A stretch of 64,000 nucleotides of DNA from an uncultured bacterium (lineage in GTDB: Bacteria; Fidelibacterota; Marinisomatia; Marinisomatales; JAHJCW01): positions 79,607-143,606 of the forward strand of contig CAZWKR010000006.1 of the NCBI GenBank assembly GCA_964634215.1, read 5' to 3'. Positions 45,660 through 56,012 of the stretch are shown piece after piece. The notes under the pieces were generated by a model, which saw only the letters and a list, made by a program, of their open reading frames with translations, made no database searches and was not told the DNA's origin. Within the stretch, counting starts at the first letter, position 1, and the number at the start of each line of letters is the position of its first letter. The translations under genes and the position numbers were made by a program.

Positions 45660-46077
45660 TCCGTCTCCTATTCATTAAATTGTTTTTATTACTTCCACTG
45701 TAGATATATGTAACAATAACTGTGCCAACTGTATATACTGTTGTTTTAATTGTGTTTAATGGTTCTGAAATATCCAATATAATTATCAGTTTAATACAAA
45801 ATGTTCCAATTTGGTACACTTAATATTTGCATTAGTATCCACTCTGTACGACATAAAACCGATAGTTTTTGTTTATATGTCTACCTTTGGGGCAGGGGTT
45901 CGAATCTTCTTACCCTGAAAAATATATACTATTATCAATTTTGGTAGAGAAAAATCTCGTTAAATTTTTTTAACATATTATTAATTAACGCTATTTTATT
46001 TACTATTATTGATTAAATTCTTTAGTAAAAAAACATACAGATGTATCTAGACAATATTATATTGATTTGAGGCAAAC

Positions 46078-46266
46078 ATGAATATTAAGCAAATATCATT
46101 AATACTAATCGCTTTGGGAGCACTTATATTTATTCTCGGGTTTTTAGGTGAAATATTAAAATTCATCTTACAAAGCAATATTCTAACATTAGCATCTTTT
46201 GCCATATTGATTGGGTTGATTTTATTAGGTTATAGCATTTTTAAAGAAAGCAAAGATTCTGTCTAA
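46078..46266 (+). CDS. small two-TM membrane protein
   Basis: 62 aa with two hydrophobic helices. Confidence 0.4.
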   Translation: MNIKQISLILIALGALIFILGFLGEILKFILQSNILTLASFAILIGLILLGYSIFKESKDSV

Positions 46267-46385
46267 TTATTCACAAATTAGTATTTCTTCATAGAAGTAA
46301 ATCAATAAATATTTATCCAACCGGTTAACTGTCTGTTAACAAAAATTTAATTATATTATAATTATTAGATTATATAAAAATAAAA

Positions 46386-47204
46386 ATGAGGAAAATAATG
46401 ATAAAAAATATTACTGTAATAACAATGTTACTTTTAGTATTAGGATGTTCCAAGACACCAAATGTTCCTGAGAATGTTAAAATACAATCATTTCAGGATT
46501 CTGTGAGTTATAGTTTAGGTTCTGATGTTGGTACTACATTTAAAGCTCGGGGATTTCAGTATGAAACAGAATCCTTTTTTAAGGGTTTTTTCGAAACATA
46601 TAGTACTGATACAAGTTATGCGTTTGGTGCGAGTTTGGCCGCAAATTTCATTTTACAAGACATTAATGTAAATCCATCGATATTCTTAAGGGCGTTTGAA
46701 AATACCAATTCAGGTGATTCGTTAGTTTTAGCTATTAGTGAAATGAAAAGGATAGTCAGAGAATATGACCAACAGTTAAGAGATAAGGCATCTCAAAGAG
46801 CAGAATCAGAAGCAGAAAATAATCGTGTATCCGGTGAATTATATTTATCTGAATATAAAAACAATAACGCTAACGTTATAGAATTGGAAAGTGGTTTACT
46901 ATATAGAATTTTAACCGAGGGGTTTGGCGACATTCCAACTGATAAAGACCGTGCTATTGTGCATTATACTGGAAAATTAATTGATGGAACAGTATTTGAC
47001 AGTTCTGTTGATCGTGGAGAACCGTCCAAATTTATGATCGGAAGTGTAATTCAAGGATGGCAAGAAGCCTTGCAATTAATGAAAGTTGGATCAAAGTGGG
47101 AATTAGTTATTCCATCAAACTTAGCTTATGGAGACCGCGCAACGGGGGGTATTCCTGCAAGTTCAACATTAGTATTTGAAGTTGAATTACTTGGAATAGA
47201 GTAA
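46386..47204 (+). CDS. FKBP-type peptidyl-prolyl cis-trans isomerase (lipoprotein)
   Basis: 272 aa. Lipobox 'LVLGCS'. '[16 protein letters not shown]', 'VIQGWQEAL', '[11 protein letters not shown]'. Confidence 0.85.
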   Translation: MRKIMIKNITVITMLLLVLGCSKTPNVPENVKIQSFQDSVSYSLGSDVGTTFKARGFQYETESFFKGFFETYSTDTSYAFGASLAANFILQDINVNPSIFLRAFENTNSGDSLVLAISEMKRIVREYDQQLRDKASQRAESEAENNRVSGELYLSEYKNNNANVIELESGLLYRILTEGFGDIPTDKDRAIVHYTGKLIDGTVFDSSVDRGEPSKFMIGSVIQGWQEALQLMKVGSKWELVIPSNLAYGDRATGGIPASSTLVFEVELLGIE

Positions 47205-47306
47205 TTCAACTTAGTGTTATTCCTATAGTTAAATAGGGGTATATCTGATTGTATAAGTGATTTTATTCCCCTAAACTGACACAGTAAATAATTAGTATTA
47301 CAAAAT

Positions 47307-47334
47307 AGAGGGCGTTATATAGCCCTCTTTTCTT
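47307..47334 (+). terminator. rho-independent terminator after the FKBP gene
   Basis: AGAGGGC-GTTATATA-GCCCTCT followed by TTTCTT. Confidence 0.65.
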
Positions 47335-47512
47335 GCTCGGATTAATGTTAATAATTACTAAACTAATATTTGAAAGATTTTGTAATAATCAAATTGGTTT
47401 TTACGAGAATAAAAGTTAAACTTACAGTTAATAGAATGGGGTACTACGATTGTTTATAAATGTATTACTCAAGTTGGATATTTTAAAACTTTGAAAAAAT
47501 TGGTATAATATC

Positions 47513-48481
47513 GTGAAATTTATCTATTTAATGGAGAATGAGCGTTCAGTATCTCCACATATAAAACCTGTAATTAAAGAACGAATTAAACCATTCATTC
47601 CACCTCGTCCATCAAGGCCAATAAAGTATATTCCTCGGGTTGAAAAAGGTGTAAGGGATTATTGTAAACTATTGGGATTAACTCGAGAACCATTTTCTAT
47701 GGCTCCTGAACCTGATTTCTTTTATCAATCCAAACAGCATCGAGAGTGTCTTAATCGATTGGAAATTTCATTACGACTTAATCGTGGTTTGCATGTTGTA
47801 GCCGGTGGTATAGGTACCGGTAAAACTGCTATATCTAGATTATTGTTGGATCGATTTACTGACCATGAGGGCGATTATACATTCTTTTTAATTCTCAATC
47901 CTACTTGGCGCAACAATCAAGAATTCTTAATGCATCTTAAAAAGATGTTTGATATCCGCGATGAATCAAATCTAATTACTGACATGATGAATCAAATCGA
48001 ACATTTTTTAATTGATTATACTACAAAATACAGTAAGCGAATTGTGATGATTATTGACGAGGGACAAAAGATGGGACCAAATCAGCTTGAAATCGTTCGA
48101 TCTTTGCTAAATTTTGAAACAAATAGTATGAAGCTTATTCAATTTGGTATCTTTGCCCAGCCAGAATTTATTGATACCCTAAATGCTATGGAAAATTTTA
48201 AAGATCGAATTACATATATGTTTAATTTAAACAATATGGATGATGAAGATACAAGAGGTTTAATTGACCATCGACTAAGTATAGCAGGCTTGCCTAAAGA
48301 AAGAGAGCTATTTACTGAAAATGCAAAAAACCTAATTTATAAATATACAAGAGGATTCCCTCGAAAGATTATAGTCACTTGCCACAATTTACTCATCGAT
48401 ATGCTAATCACAGGTAAATCAAAAGTTGATGCTGATTTAGTTTTTAAATTTACTCAGCAAAATAATTTGATATATGAGTAA
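47513..48481 (+). CDS. ExeA/GspA/MshM-like AAA ATPase
   Basis: 322 aa. Walker A 'GGIGTGKTAISR', Walker B 'VMIIDEGQ'. The GTG start is uncertain (alternative ATG at 47531). Confidence 0.75.
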   Translation: MKFIYLMENERSVSPHIKPVIKERIKPFIPPRPSRPIKYIPRVEKGVRDYCKLLGLTREPFSMAPEPDFFYQSKQHRECLNRLEISLRLNRGLHVVAGGIGTGKTAISRLLLDRFTDHEGDYTFFLILNPTWRNNQEFLMHLKKMFDIRDESNLITDMMNQIEHFLIDYTTKYSKRIVMIIDEGQKMGPNQLEIVRSLLNFETNSMKLIQFGIFAQPEFIDTLNAMENFKDRITYMFNLNNMDDEDTRGLIDHRLSIAGLPKERELFTENAKNLIYKYTRGFPRKIIVTCHNLLIDMLITGKSKVDADLVFKFTQQNNLIYE

Positions 48482-50891
48482 GGAAGATAAACAGAGAATA
48501 TTAGCCACTAATAGACTTCTCGAGATCCTACGCACGGAACGTAGTTCCGACGATATAGCAAGCTCAGAAGAAGTACTAGTTGAATCCGATCTATTCATAG
48601 AAGAGAATGAGGAAGAGGATGTGCCTCAATACGTTGCTGCACCTGAGTCTGATCAAATAAGTGAAGATACACAACAAGACACAGTTGATACCGACCTTGT
48701 CACAGAAGAGAAAGATGAAAATTCTCAATATGCCTCCGAGCCTGAGCCCGTTAAAAAAAGTGAAGCCGCACCGCAAGAAAAGGATGATTTCTCATTATTG
48801 TTCACAGATGAGAATGGTGAAGATGATATTGAAGATGAATCTTTACAGGACACTGATGAAGAAACCGTTTTTGAACCTGAAGCACAAATCGAAAATGATG
48901 ATCAATTGTATGAAAACGAACAAGTACATGAACATAAAACCGATGATAGTTCTAGTGAAACTGAAGTAGACCCTGAAGTAGCAAAATTAGCTGCTAGCTT
49001 AACTACCCCAGAACGAGAAAGTGATGCTTCCTTGTATCATTCTGAAGATATAAAGAATGATTTATTGCTTAAAACTGAGATACCAAAAGATCTTGATGTT
49101 TCTGGAAGTACTAATATCATTTTACCACCTGAATTTAATGACAACCTACTCACCTTTTATGAAGAAAAGGTTGAGAAACCGAGTTTGAAAAAACGATTGC
49201 AATATTTGAAGAGATATTTCTCTGATAATAAAAGAAAGATTACTGTATATATTGATAGCAACACTATATACCTTTTACAGACTCTTTCAACATTACAGGA
49301 AACTGAAGTTGAAATGGTTAAATCATTTAGTCTGCCGTATGAATTTGGTAATCAAATGATTACCGGGATAAGCGATTTATTAACACATATATTTGAAAAT
49401 GAAGTTGATCCCAAAGATAAAAAACTTGCCTTTGGTGCTTACATTTCAATGAACACTCCATCGAAAACGATAATTATTAAAAGTCCTAAATTGAAGAAAA
49501 AAGAGTTTAAGGAACTTGTTGAATGGAATGCTAACAAAAACCTGCCATTCAGTACTGATAATAAAAATGTTAATTGGAGTATCGTCAAATCGAGGCCTGA
49601 AAGCAATACACAGGAAGTAATTATAGGTGTTACCGAAACCGATTCAGTCAACTCTATCGACAGTATTTTCAAAAGAAATAATATAAATCTAAGATTTACA
49701 TCCACATTATCTATTCTGTTGTGGAAATCCTTTGTTAAAAATTATCCTGATAAAGACATTGGTTCTTATGTGATTGTTCACATCGGAGAATCGAGAACAC
49801 TTGTAATTGTTGTAACTGATCATATATTGCAATTTTCCAGAAAGATAGCGTTAGGTGCTCAGGATTTTTATAAAGCAATTATTAAAAAAGTTGAAACGAA
49901 TGAATCGGGAGAGACAATTGACATTGCAATTGCAAAAGATATATTAATGCAATACGGTTATCCTCAAAATCAAACTGGTATAGCTGCTAATTCAAATATA
50001 GATCTTAATAAAATTACAATTGCAATTCGTCCTGTTGTAGAGAGAATTAATAGTGAATTAAATCGCACTTTGAATTATTTTAAAAATCAGAAATCTGATC
50101 TGGAATGGAAAGAGTTGTTATTTGATGGTGTCGCCGCATCATTCCCAGGATTACTTGAAGCTATTCAAGAGAACATCTATCAGAGTGTAGAATTGTTAAA
50201 TCCAATGCGAACTGGAGAATATTATATTCATAGCGATGTAGATATTCCTTCCCAACAATACCCAAATTATGTTTTAAATTTTGCCTTGGCTACGGACGAG
50301 GTTGAGGATTTCAATGTAGCTCCAATACATATTCGTGATAACTATAAATATTCATTTTATAGTAAGGTTACCGCGGCTTTATTAGCTCTATTTATTCCTA
50401 TATTTTTATTTACAGGGTTGTATAGTAGTTCAGCATTAAAAATTGGACAAAGGGAGATTGAAGCAAAAAAAGCGGAGTTACAACGATTATCGGTGGACAC
50501 AAAAGATTATGCTAGTTTTATGGGGGACATTCAGATTATCAATCTATCAAACCGTACTTTGCATAATGATCGTACCTATACTGAAAATCAAATAAAAATG
50601 CTTCAATTATTCTCATCAATAGTACCTGAGGAATTAAAATTAACATCTTTGAATTTTGTGAATGGTATGGATTTGCCCGATTCAGTTTTGATTGCAGATA
50701 ATTTTAAAGAACATTTGGAAGTAGCAGGTTTTGTTGATGAAGATAATTCTGTTTCAGATATTTATCTAACTGATTTTATTTTACAACTTGAGAAAATGAA
50801 ATATTTCACTGATGTTAAAATTATGCAAAAATCTGAAAATAAAATTAGTGATAATCAAGGGTTGTTTTTCAAATTACACCTTGATTTATGA
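48474..50891 (+). CDS. PilM-PilN (MshI-like) fusion with long acidic N-terminal extension
   Basis: 805 aa. Residues ~25-200 are D/E-rich. Actin-like region 'YVIVHIGESRTLVIVV...ALGAQDF'. TM 'VTAALLALFIPIFLFTGLY' followed by a coiled coil. Confidence 0.65.
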   Translation: MSKEDKQRILATNRLLEILRTERSSDDIASSEEVLVESDLFIEENEEEDVPQYVAAPESDQISEDTQQDTVDTDLVTEEKDENSQYASEPEPVKKSEAAPQEKDDFSLLFTDENGEDDIEDESLQDTDEETVFEPEAQIENDDQLYENEQVHEHKTDDSSSETEVDPEVAKLAASLTTPERESDASLYHSEDIKNDLLLKTEIPKDLDVSGSTNIILPPEFNDNLLTFYEEKVEKPSLKKRLQYLKRYFSDNKRKITVYIDSNTIYLLQTLSTLQETEVEMVKSFSLPYEFGNQMITGISDLLTHIFENEVDPKDKKLAFGAYISMNTPSKTIIIKSPKLKKKEFKELVEWNANKNLPFSTDNKNVNWSIVKSRPESNTQEVIIGVTETDSVNSIDSIFKRNNINLRFTSTLSILLWKSFVKNYPDKDIGSYVIVHIGESRTLVIVVTDHILQFSRKIALGAQDFYKAIIKKVETNESGETIDIAIAKDILMQYGYPQNQTGIAANSNIDLNKITIAIRPVVERINSELNRTLNYFKNQKSDLEWKELLFDGVAASFPGLLEAIQENIYQSVELLNPMRTGEYYIHSDVDIPSQQYPNYVLNFALATDEVEDFNVAPIHIRDNYKYSFYSKVTAALLALFIPIFLFTGLYSSSALKIGQREIEAKKAELQRLSVDTKDYASFMGDIQIINLSNRTLHNDRTYTENQIKMLQLFSSIVPEELKLTSLNFVNGMDLPDSVLIADNFKEHLEVAGFVDEDNSVSDIYLTDFILQLEKMKYFTDVKIMQKSENKISDNQGLFFKLHLDL

Positions 50892-51484
50892 GTATGAAAA
50901 ATTATAAAACCATTTTCACAGTATTAATCTCTTTACTAACTATAGTAATTTTTTATTGGTTTTTCTACGTACTAGTAATTAATAGAAATAATTATAGTAA
51001 AATCAAGGAAGATCTAATTGAAGCTGAAAATAATTTTAAGCGGTTAAGTAGTGAACGTGCAAATTTTACAACAATAAAAAATACTAGAGAAAAACAGATA
51101 CTTAATTATGATACATTAAGAGTCCATATACCATTAAAAGTGAATGTTAAAGGATCTGATTCTTATATAGAAACGTTAGATATTATTCATCAAGTTGCAG
51201 GAAGAAATAATGTTATCATAGATATCTTTAAACCAATTTTGGTAAATACTTTTCCACAAATTGAAGTTAGTAGCAGACTCCTAGAAAAGAAAATTGAAAG
51301 ATACTTGGTAGAAATGGAATGTAACGGCGATTATATATCGATCGGCAAATTTTTTCAAGAATTACAAAAACATGAAAGGTTCATCAATTTATTGAAATTT
51401 AATATTGAAACTGAATTTGGTATTGAAGGTGGATTGAATTGTAAAGTATTACTTTATACTTATATATTTTCGGAATATAACTAA
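50888..51484 (+). CDS. PilO-like pilus alignment protein
   Basis: 198 aa. N-terminal TM, coiled coil and C-terminal alpha/beta region. Position after pilMN. Confidence 0.5.
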   Translation: MSMKNYKTIFTVLISLLTIVIFYWFFYVLVINRNNYSKIKEDLIEAENNFKRLSSERANFTTIKNTREKQILNYDTLRVHIPLKVNVKGSDSYIETLDIIHQVAGRNNVIIDIFKPILVNTFPQIEVSSRLLEKKIERYLVEMECNGDYISIGKFFQELQKHERFINLLKFNIETEFGIEGGLNCKVLLYTYIFSEYN

Positions 51485-52029
51485 TGGCTCAGACCGATAA
51501 TAAGCGTTTGTATATATTGTTGGGCATACTTGGAGTATTATTTATTTATTTAATTTTAAATAATACTGTCTTTGCAAAAAAAGATAAAGTGCCTACACGT
51601 ACGAAAAATGCCAATAAAAACATTGCATACGCTACAACAGAAAAAGTACCTGATAAAAGGAAAAATACTAAAAAAGATGTGAAGAAAAAAGTCAAGTATC
51701 CCAGTCATAGTGTAAAAGGATTTAAATTTGATGGAGATTGGCAGAGTGATCCATTTTTTTACTTAGATGAAGACTCGCTTCGATCAATTCGGGATCGAGA
51801 ATTAGGTCAGTACACCGATTTGAGATTAAGTGGAATTTCCCTGTTACAAGATAAGGGTTATTCATTAATCAATTCGGTTGTTATGACTGATATAGATACA
51901 GTTATGACTGCAAGTATTTTGAAAGAGGGAGATGAATTTGAAGGATTTCGTGTCGTAAAAATTGGCTTTGATCATGTCATCTTACGTAGAGGAAGCCGCA
52001 ATATAAGGTTAGAATTAGATGAATCATAA
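51484..52029 (+). CDS. PilP-like membrane-anchored protein
   Basis: 181 aa. TM anchor, Lys-rich linker and C-terminal beta domain. Called by position, immediately before the secretin. Confidence 0.4.
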   Translation: MAQTDNKRLYILLGILGVLFIYLILNNTVFAKKDKVPTRTKNANKNIAYATTEKVPDKRKNTKKDVKKKVKYPSHSVKGFKFDGDWQSDPFFYLDEDSLRSIRDRELGQYTDLRLSGISLLQDKGYSLINSVVMTDIDTVMTASILKEGDEFEGFRVVKIGFDHVILRRGSRNIRLELDES

Positions 52030-53818
52030 AAAATATATTTCAATCATATTTTTAATAATGGTATCATATTCATTTATGTTTGCACAACAAATTGACCGGA
52101 TTCTTCCGTACAATAATTTTGATACAACTGGAGTGTATCTAATTTTTGATGGTGATATAAACTATGAAAAAGCAATACAGCAATCACCACCATCAATATC
52201 TCTCATATTCCCTAATACCAAGCTTACAGAGGGGAATTATCAAAAAGCAATTGACCTGCCACCATTATTTAGAATAGAAGCAAAAGAAACAATCAGTAAC
52301 AAGTATTTTAAACACGCAAGAGTGGATTTGTATTTTAGTGAGATTCCGGAATTCAGAATTGATCATATAGGTGAAAATATTTTACGTGTTATATGGTCAA
52401 CAAAATATATAAACGAAAAATATAAAATCCAAAAACCAGACACAACAAATTCAAATTTAGAAATATGGTCTAATTTTGAACATGTAGTTTCAATGAATTT
52501 AAAAGATGCTGTGCTGATTGACGTTTTGCGGCTGATCGCAATGCAAAGCGGAATGAATTTAATCGCAAATGATGACATTGAAGGTACTGTAACGCTAACA
52601 TTAAAAGATGTAAGCGTAGGCTCCGCATTAGATGCGATGTTAAAGATTAATGGTTATGATTGGTTTATCCAAGACAATTTGATTGTTGTTAAACCTATTG
52701 ACGATGACGCAGTGGTCGGATTAGTGACAAAACATTATAAATTGGAACATACGGATGCATATTCAATTGGAACAGCATTAACGTATGTTTTAACAGAGGA
52801 AGGCAATTTCCAGGCGTTCTCACCAGTAGCAAGTAGTAGTTATTTTGGTGGTTCCGGGGGACAGACCGGACAAATGGGAGCAGCTAGTGTCGGATTAGGT
52901 GGGGCTAGTGGGAGCAATACTAGTTCTGGTATGAATCTTGGAACGCAATCCAGTGCGTTGAGTGGAGGAATGAATACAGGATCGAGTGGTGGTGCTATGG
53001 GTGGTATGCAAGGTATGACTAGTATGATGACAGCTGATCATATTCTTGTCACTGACGTTTACTCAAATTTTGATAGAATAGATTATATTGTTAAAAGTTT
53101 AGATATACGTGTGCCGCAAATCAATATATCAGTAAAATTTGTTGAAACTAAATTAGATGTTAATGAACGGTTAGGTATTGATTGGACTCTGCGGTCAGAA
53201 ATGATAGGTCCTGTACCAGACGCCAAAGCTTCCCTAATTGATTTTGAAAATTTCAAAATATTTGATGCCAACAGTTTAAGTTTATATTCCTTCTCACTTC
53301 CTGTATTTGAAAGTGTCTTGGAACTATTGGCTTCAGACAGCGAAACTCGTTTGATCCAAGAGCCACAAATAACAACAAAAAATAATACGCTTGCTACATT
53401 TAAAGTCGGTACAACGTATCCTGTAATGGTTACTCAAACTACAAATATTGCTCAGACAACAAGCTTTGAGGATAAGGAAATCAATATAGTATTAAATGTT
53501 CAACCAAGGATTAATGAAGATCAATTTATTTCTATGGATATTTCAACTTCAGTTCAGGCTTTGGTTGGGTTTACTGGTCCCGACAATGATCAACCAATTA
53601 TCTCCGATCGTGCAACCACGAACCATGTCAGGGTAGAAAACCAAAAAACGCTTATGATTGGGGGGCTGATTTTTGATCAAATAATCGAAAACAATAAAAA
53701 GATACCATTTTTATCCAGTATCCCTCTACTTGGCAAATTATTTACACATACTACTTATACTACTGAACAACGTGAATTGTTGGTATTCATTACCCCTTCA
53801 ATAATTCGATATCAATAA
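52019..53818 (+). CDS. pilQ: type IV pilus secretin PilQ (AMIN + N0 + secretin domains)
   Basis: 599 aa. 'LKDAVLIDVLRLIAMQSGMNLI'. C-terminal 'LMIGGLI...IPFLSSIPLLGKLF...RELLVFITPSII'. Confidence 0.85.
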   Translation: MNHKKYISIIFLIMVSYSFMFAQQIDRILPYNNFDTTGVYLIFDGDINYEKAIQQSPPSISLIFPNTKLTEGNYQKAIDLPPLFRIEAKETISNKYFKHARVDLYFSEIPEFRIDHIGENILRVIWSTKYINEKYKIQKPDTTNSNLEIWSNFEHVVSMNLKDAVLIDVLRLIAMQSGMNLIANDDIEGTVTLTLKDVSVGSALDAMLKINGYDWFIQDNLIVVKPIDDDAVVGLVTKHYKLEHTDAYSIGTALTYVLTEEGNFQAFSPVASSSYFGGSGGQTGQMGAASVGLGGASGSNTSSGMNLGTQSSALSGGMNTGSSGGAMGGMQGMTSMMTADHILVTDVYSNFDRIDYIVKSLDIRVPQINISVKFVETKLDVNERLGIDWTLRSEMIGPVPDAKASLIDFENFKIFDANSLSLYSFSLPVFESVLELLASDSETRLIQEPQITTKNNTLATFKVGTTYPVMVTQTTNIAQTTSFEDKEINIVLNVQPRINEDQFISMDISTSVQALVGFTGPDNDQPIISDRATTNHVRVENQKTLMIGGLIFDQIIENNKKIPFLSSIPLLGKLFTHTTYTTEQRELLVFITPSIIRYQ

Positions 53819-53835
53819 AATAGTGGAGATAGACT

Positions 53836-54891
53836 GTGGAGATTTATGAATTATTATCGTATATGGGTGAGGTAAATGCTTCAGATCTTCATCTAAGTCC
53901 GAACTCTCCTCCGATTTATAGGATTGATGGTGAATTAATTAAAACTAAGCAAGAACCTCTAAGATCCGATGATGTTCATTTATTAGTTTTTGATATTATG
54001 AGTGAAGACAATCGGAAACGATATGAAGAAGAATTAGAGATCGATTTTTCTGTAGAGTTCCGAGGTATTGGACGTTTTAGAGTCAATGTATTTCGTAGTT
54101 ATTTTGGAGATGCCGTTGTTTTTCGCGCCATAAATGAAGATACATATACATTCGAAGAATTAGGATTACCTCAAGTTTTAAAAAAATTATCCTTACAAGA
54201 TCAAGGACTTATTTTAATTACTGGACCAACGGGGTGTGGCAAGACCACAACATTAAATACTGTAATTGAATATATAAACGCAAAAAAACAAAAACATATT
54301 ATTACGATTGAAGATCCTGTGGAATTTATACATAAAAGTAAAAAGTCCTTAGTCACTCATCGCGAGGTTGGTATAAATACGCACTCGTTTGCCAATGCCT
54401 TACGCAATGCGTTAAGAGAAGATCCTGATGTTATAGTTGTTGGTGAGATGCGTGATATGGAAACTACAGCACTTGCTATTAGTGCCGCAGAAACAGGTCA
54501 TCTCGTATTTGGAACTTTGCACACAATGGATGCTCCACACACGATTGATAGAATTATCGATCAATTTCCACCAATTCAGCAAAACCAAATACGATTGATG
54601 GCAAGTGAATCTATTTTGGGAGTAATAACCCAACGATTATTAAAGCGTAAAACTGGTGGTAGGGTTGCTGCTTTTGAAATATTAGTTGGTATTCCAGCTG
54701 TTGCAAATTTAATCCGAGAGGGAAAAACGTATCAACTGCCGTCAGTTATTCAGACCCACGGTAAAATTGGGATGTTATCAATGGAACAATCAATTCAGGC
54801 ACTATATAAACAATCTCTTATTACAAAAGAAGAAATGATGCGCGTTGAGAAAGAAAGTGACAAACTTATAGAAAGCATTAGTGGGAGTTAG
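53836..54891 (+). CDS. pilT: twitching-motility retraction ATPase PilT
   Basis: 351 aa. 'ASDLHLSPNSPPIYRIDG', Walker A 'GPTGCGKTTT', 'IITIEDPVEF', 'GTLHT'. Confidence 0.9.
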   Translation: MEIYELLSYMGEVNASDLHLSPNSPPIYRIDGELIKTKQEPLRSDDVHLLVFDIMSEDNRKRYEEELEIDFSVEFRGIGRFRVNVFRSYFGDAVVFRAINEDTYTFEELGLPQVLKKLSLQDQGLILITGPTGCGKTTTLNTVIEYINAKKQKHIITIEDPVEFIHKSKKSLVTHREVGINTHSFANALRNALREDPDVIVVGEMRDMETTALAISAAETGHLVFGTLHTMDAPHTIDRIIDQFPPIQQNQIRLMASESILGVITQRLLKRKTGGRVAAFEILVGIPAVANLIREGKTYQLPSVIQTHGKIGMLSMEQSIQALYKQSLITKEEMMRVEKESDKLIESISGS

Positions 54892-54896
54892 ATTCG

Positions 54897-56003
54897 GTGT
54901 ATAATATTGACACATTACTAAAATTAATGATTGAATCCAAAGCAGATGATTTATTTATCAGTTTAGGTGCCTACCCCGCATTAAAAATTGGAAAAGATAT
55001 TGTTAGATTGGAAGAGGAGGTAATTTCAATCGACATGCTCCAAGAATTTAGAAAGAATTTATTATCTACTGAACAGGGACAAATATTTACACGTGAAAAA
55101 GAGTTAGATTTTACATATAGTTTCCCAGGAGTCGGTCGATTTCGGGTGAACTACTTCGTTCAGCGCGGATCAGATGCGATGGTAATCCATAATATTCCAT
55201 CAGTCATTAAAACACCGGAGGAACTTGGACTACCGAAGAGTTTAAGTAAAATTGCATTGGGAGATCGAGGGTTGGTTCTGATAGTTGGATCTGCAGGCTC
55301 TGGTAAATCCACTACATTAGCCGCATTAATTGATTATCGTAACCGGAATAAAACTGGACATATTTTGACATTGGAAGACCCTATAGAATTTTTGCATCAA
55401 CATAAAAAATCTATTGTAAACCAAAGGGAAATTGGTCAAGATTCGTTTTCTTTTAAGAGAGCCCTAAAAAGTGCTCTTAGAGAATATCCTTCAGCCTTAC
55501 TGATGGGAGAAATTCGTGATATGGATTCTATCGCTACAGCAGTTAATTTTGCAGAAACGGGTCATTTAGTGCTAAGTACTATGCATGCAACCAACACTCA
55601 ACTTGCGGTAGAAAGAATTTTTAATATCTACGGTCCGGATCTTCAGAAAACAGCAAGACATCAATTAAGTGAAAATATAAATGCAATAATTGCACAACGA
55701 TTAGTGCCAACAAAAGATGGAAAACAAATTCCTGCACTGGAAATATTATTTTCTTCTGCCCGAATAAAAGATTTAATTAAAAAAGGTGAAATACATTTTC
55801 TACCTCGTGCTCTGGAGTTCTCTCGAGCTGAGGGAATGCAATCATTTGATCAGTGTTTATTTGATTTTTATAAACGTGGTATTATAACACCAGAAACAGC
55901 AATAGAAAATTCTGATCATAAAACTGATTTAACAATGAAAATTAAAGCTGAAGGATGGGTCGGTAAAGAACATGAGATACAATTAGATATTGAGGATCAA
56001 TAA
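54897..56003 (+). CDS. second PilT/PilU-family ATPase
   Basis: 368 aa. 'GSAGSGKSTT', 'ILTLEDPIEF', 'STMHA'. Confidence 0.85.
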   Translation: MYNIDTLLKLMIESKADDLFISLGAYPALKIGKDIVRLEEEVISIDMLQEFRKNLLSTEQGQIFTREKELDFTYSFPGVGRFRVNYFVQRGSDAMVIHNIPSVIKTPEELGLPKSLSKIALGDRGLVLIVGSAGSGKSTTLAALIDYRNRNKTGHILTLEDPIEFLHQHKKSIVNQREIGQDSFSFKRALKSALREYPSALLMGEIRDMDSIATAVNFAETGHLVLSTMHATNTQLAVERIFNIYGPDLQKTARHQLSENINAIIAQRLVPTKDGKQIPALEILFSSARIKDLIKKGEIHFLPRALEFSRAEGMQSFDQCLFDFYKRGIITPETAIENSDHKTDLTMKIKAEGWVGKEHEIQLDIEDQ

Positions 56004-56012
56004 ATAAGAAGT

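Noticed and set aside
45812-45831. TTGGTACACTTAATATTTGCA resembles a sigma-54 -24/-12 promoter (TGGYAC...TTGCA).
   Set aside because: The distance from the GG to the GC dinucleotide is 16 nt instead of the canonical 12, so the two elements are out of register.
45888-45918. A tRNA-like T-arm sequence (GGGGTTCGAATC) could be a third tRNA gene.
   Set aside because: The 3' T-stem strand (CTTCT) cannot pair with the 5' strand, and no D-arm or anticodon arm can be folded upstream. I treat it only as a decayed fragment (see findings).
47504-47509. TGGTATAAT (extended -10-like) just upstream of the ExeA-like gene as its promoter.
   Set aside because: It ends only 3 nt before the GTG start proposed in the track, and no well-spaced -35 is present. 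It would only make sense if translation starts at the ATG at 47531. I note it as start-codon uncertainty rather than a supported promoter.
48661-48969. Alternative-frame 102-aa Lys-rich ORF within the acidic region of the PilMN gene.
   Set aside because: It is a frame-shifted reading of GAA/GAT-rich sequence (AAG/AAA/ATG codons). It has no start context and sits entirely inside a longer ORF that continues into conserved PilM/PilN domains.
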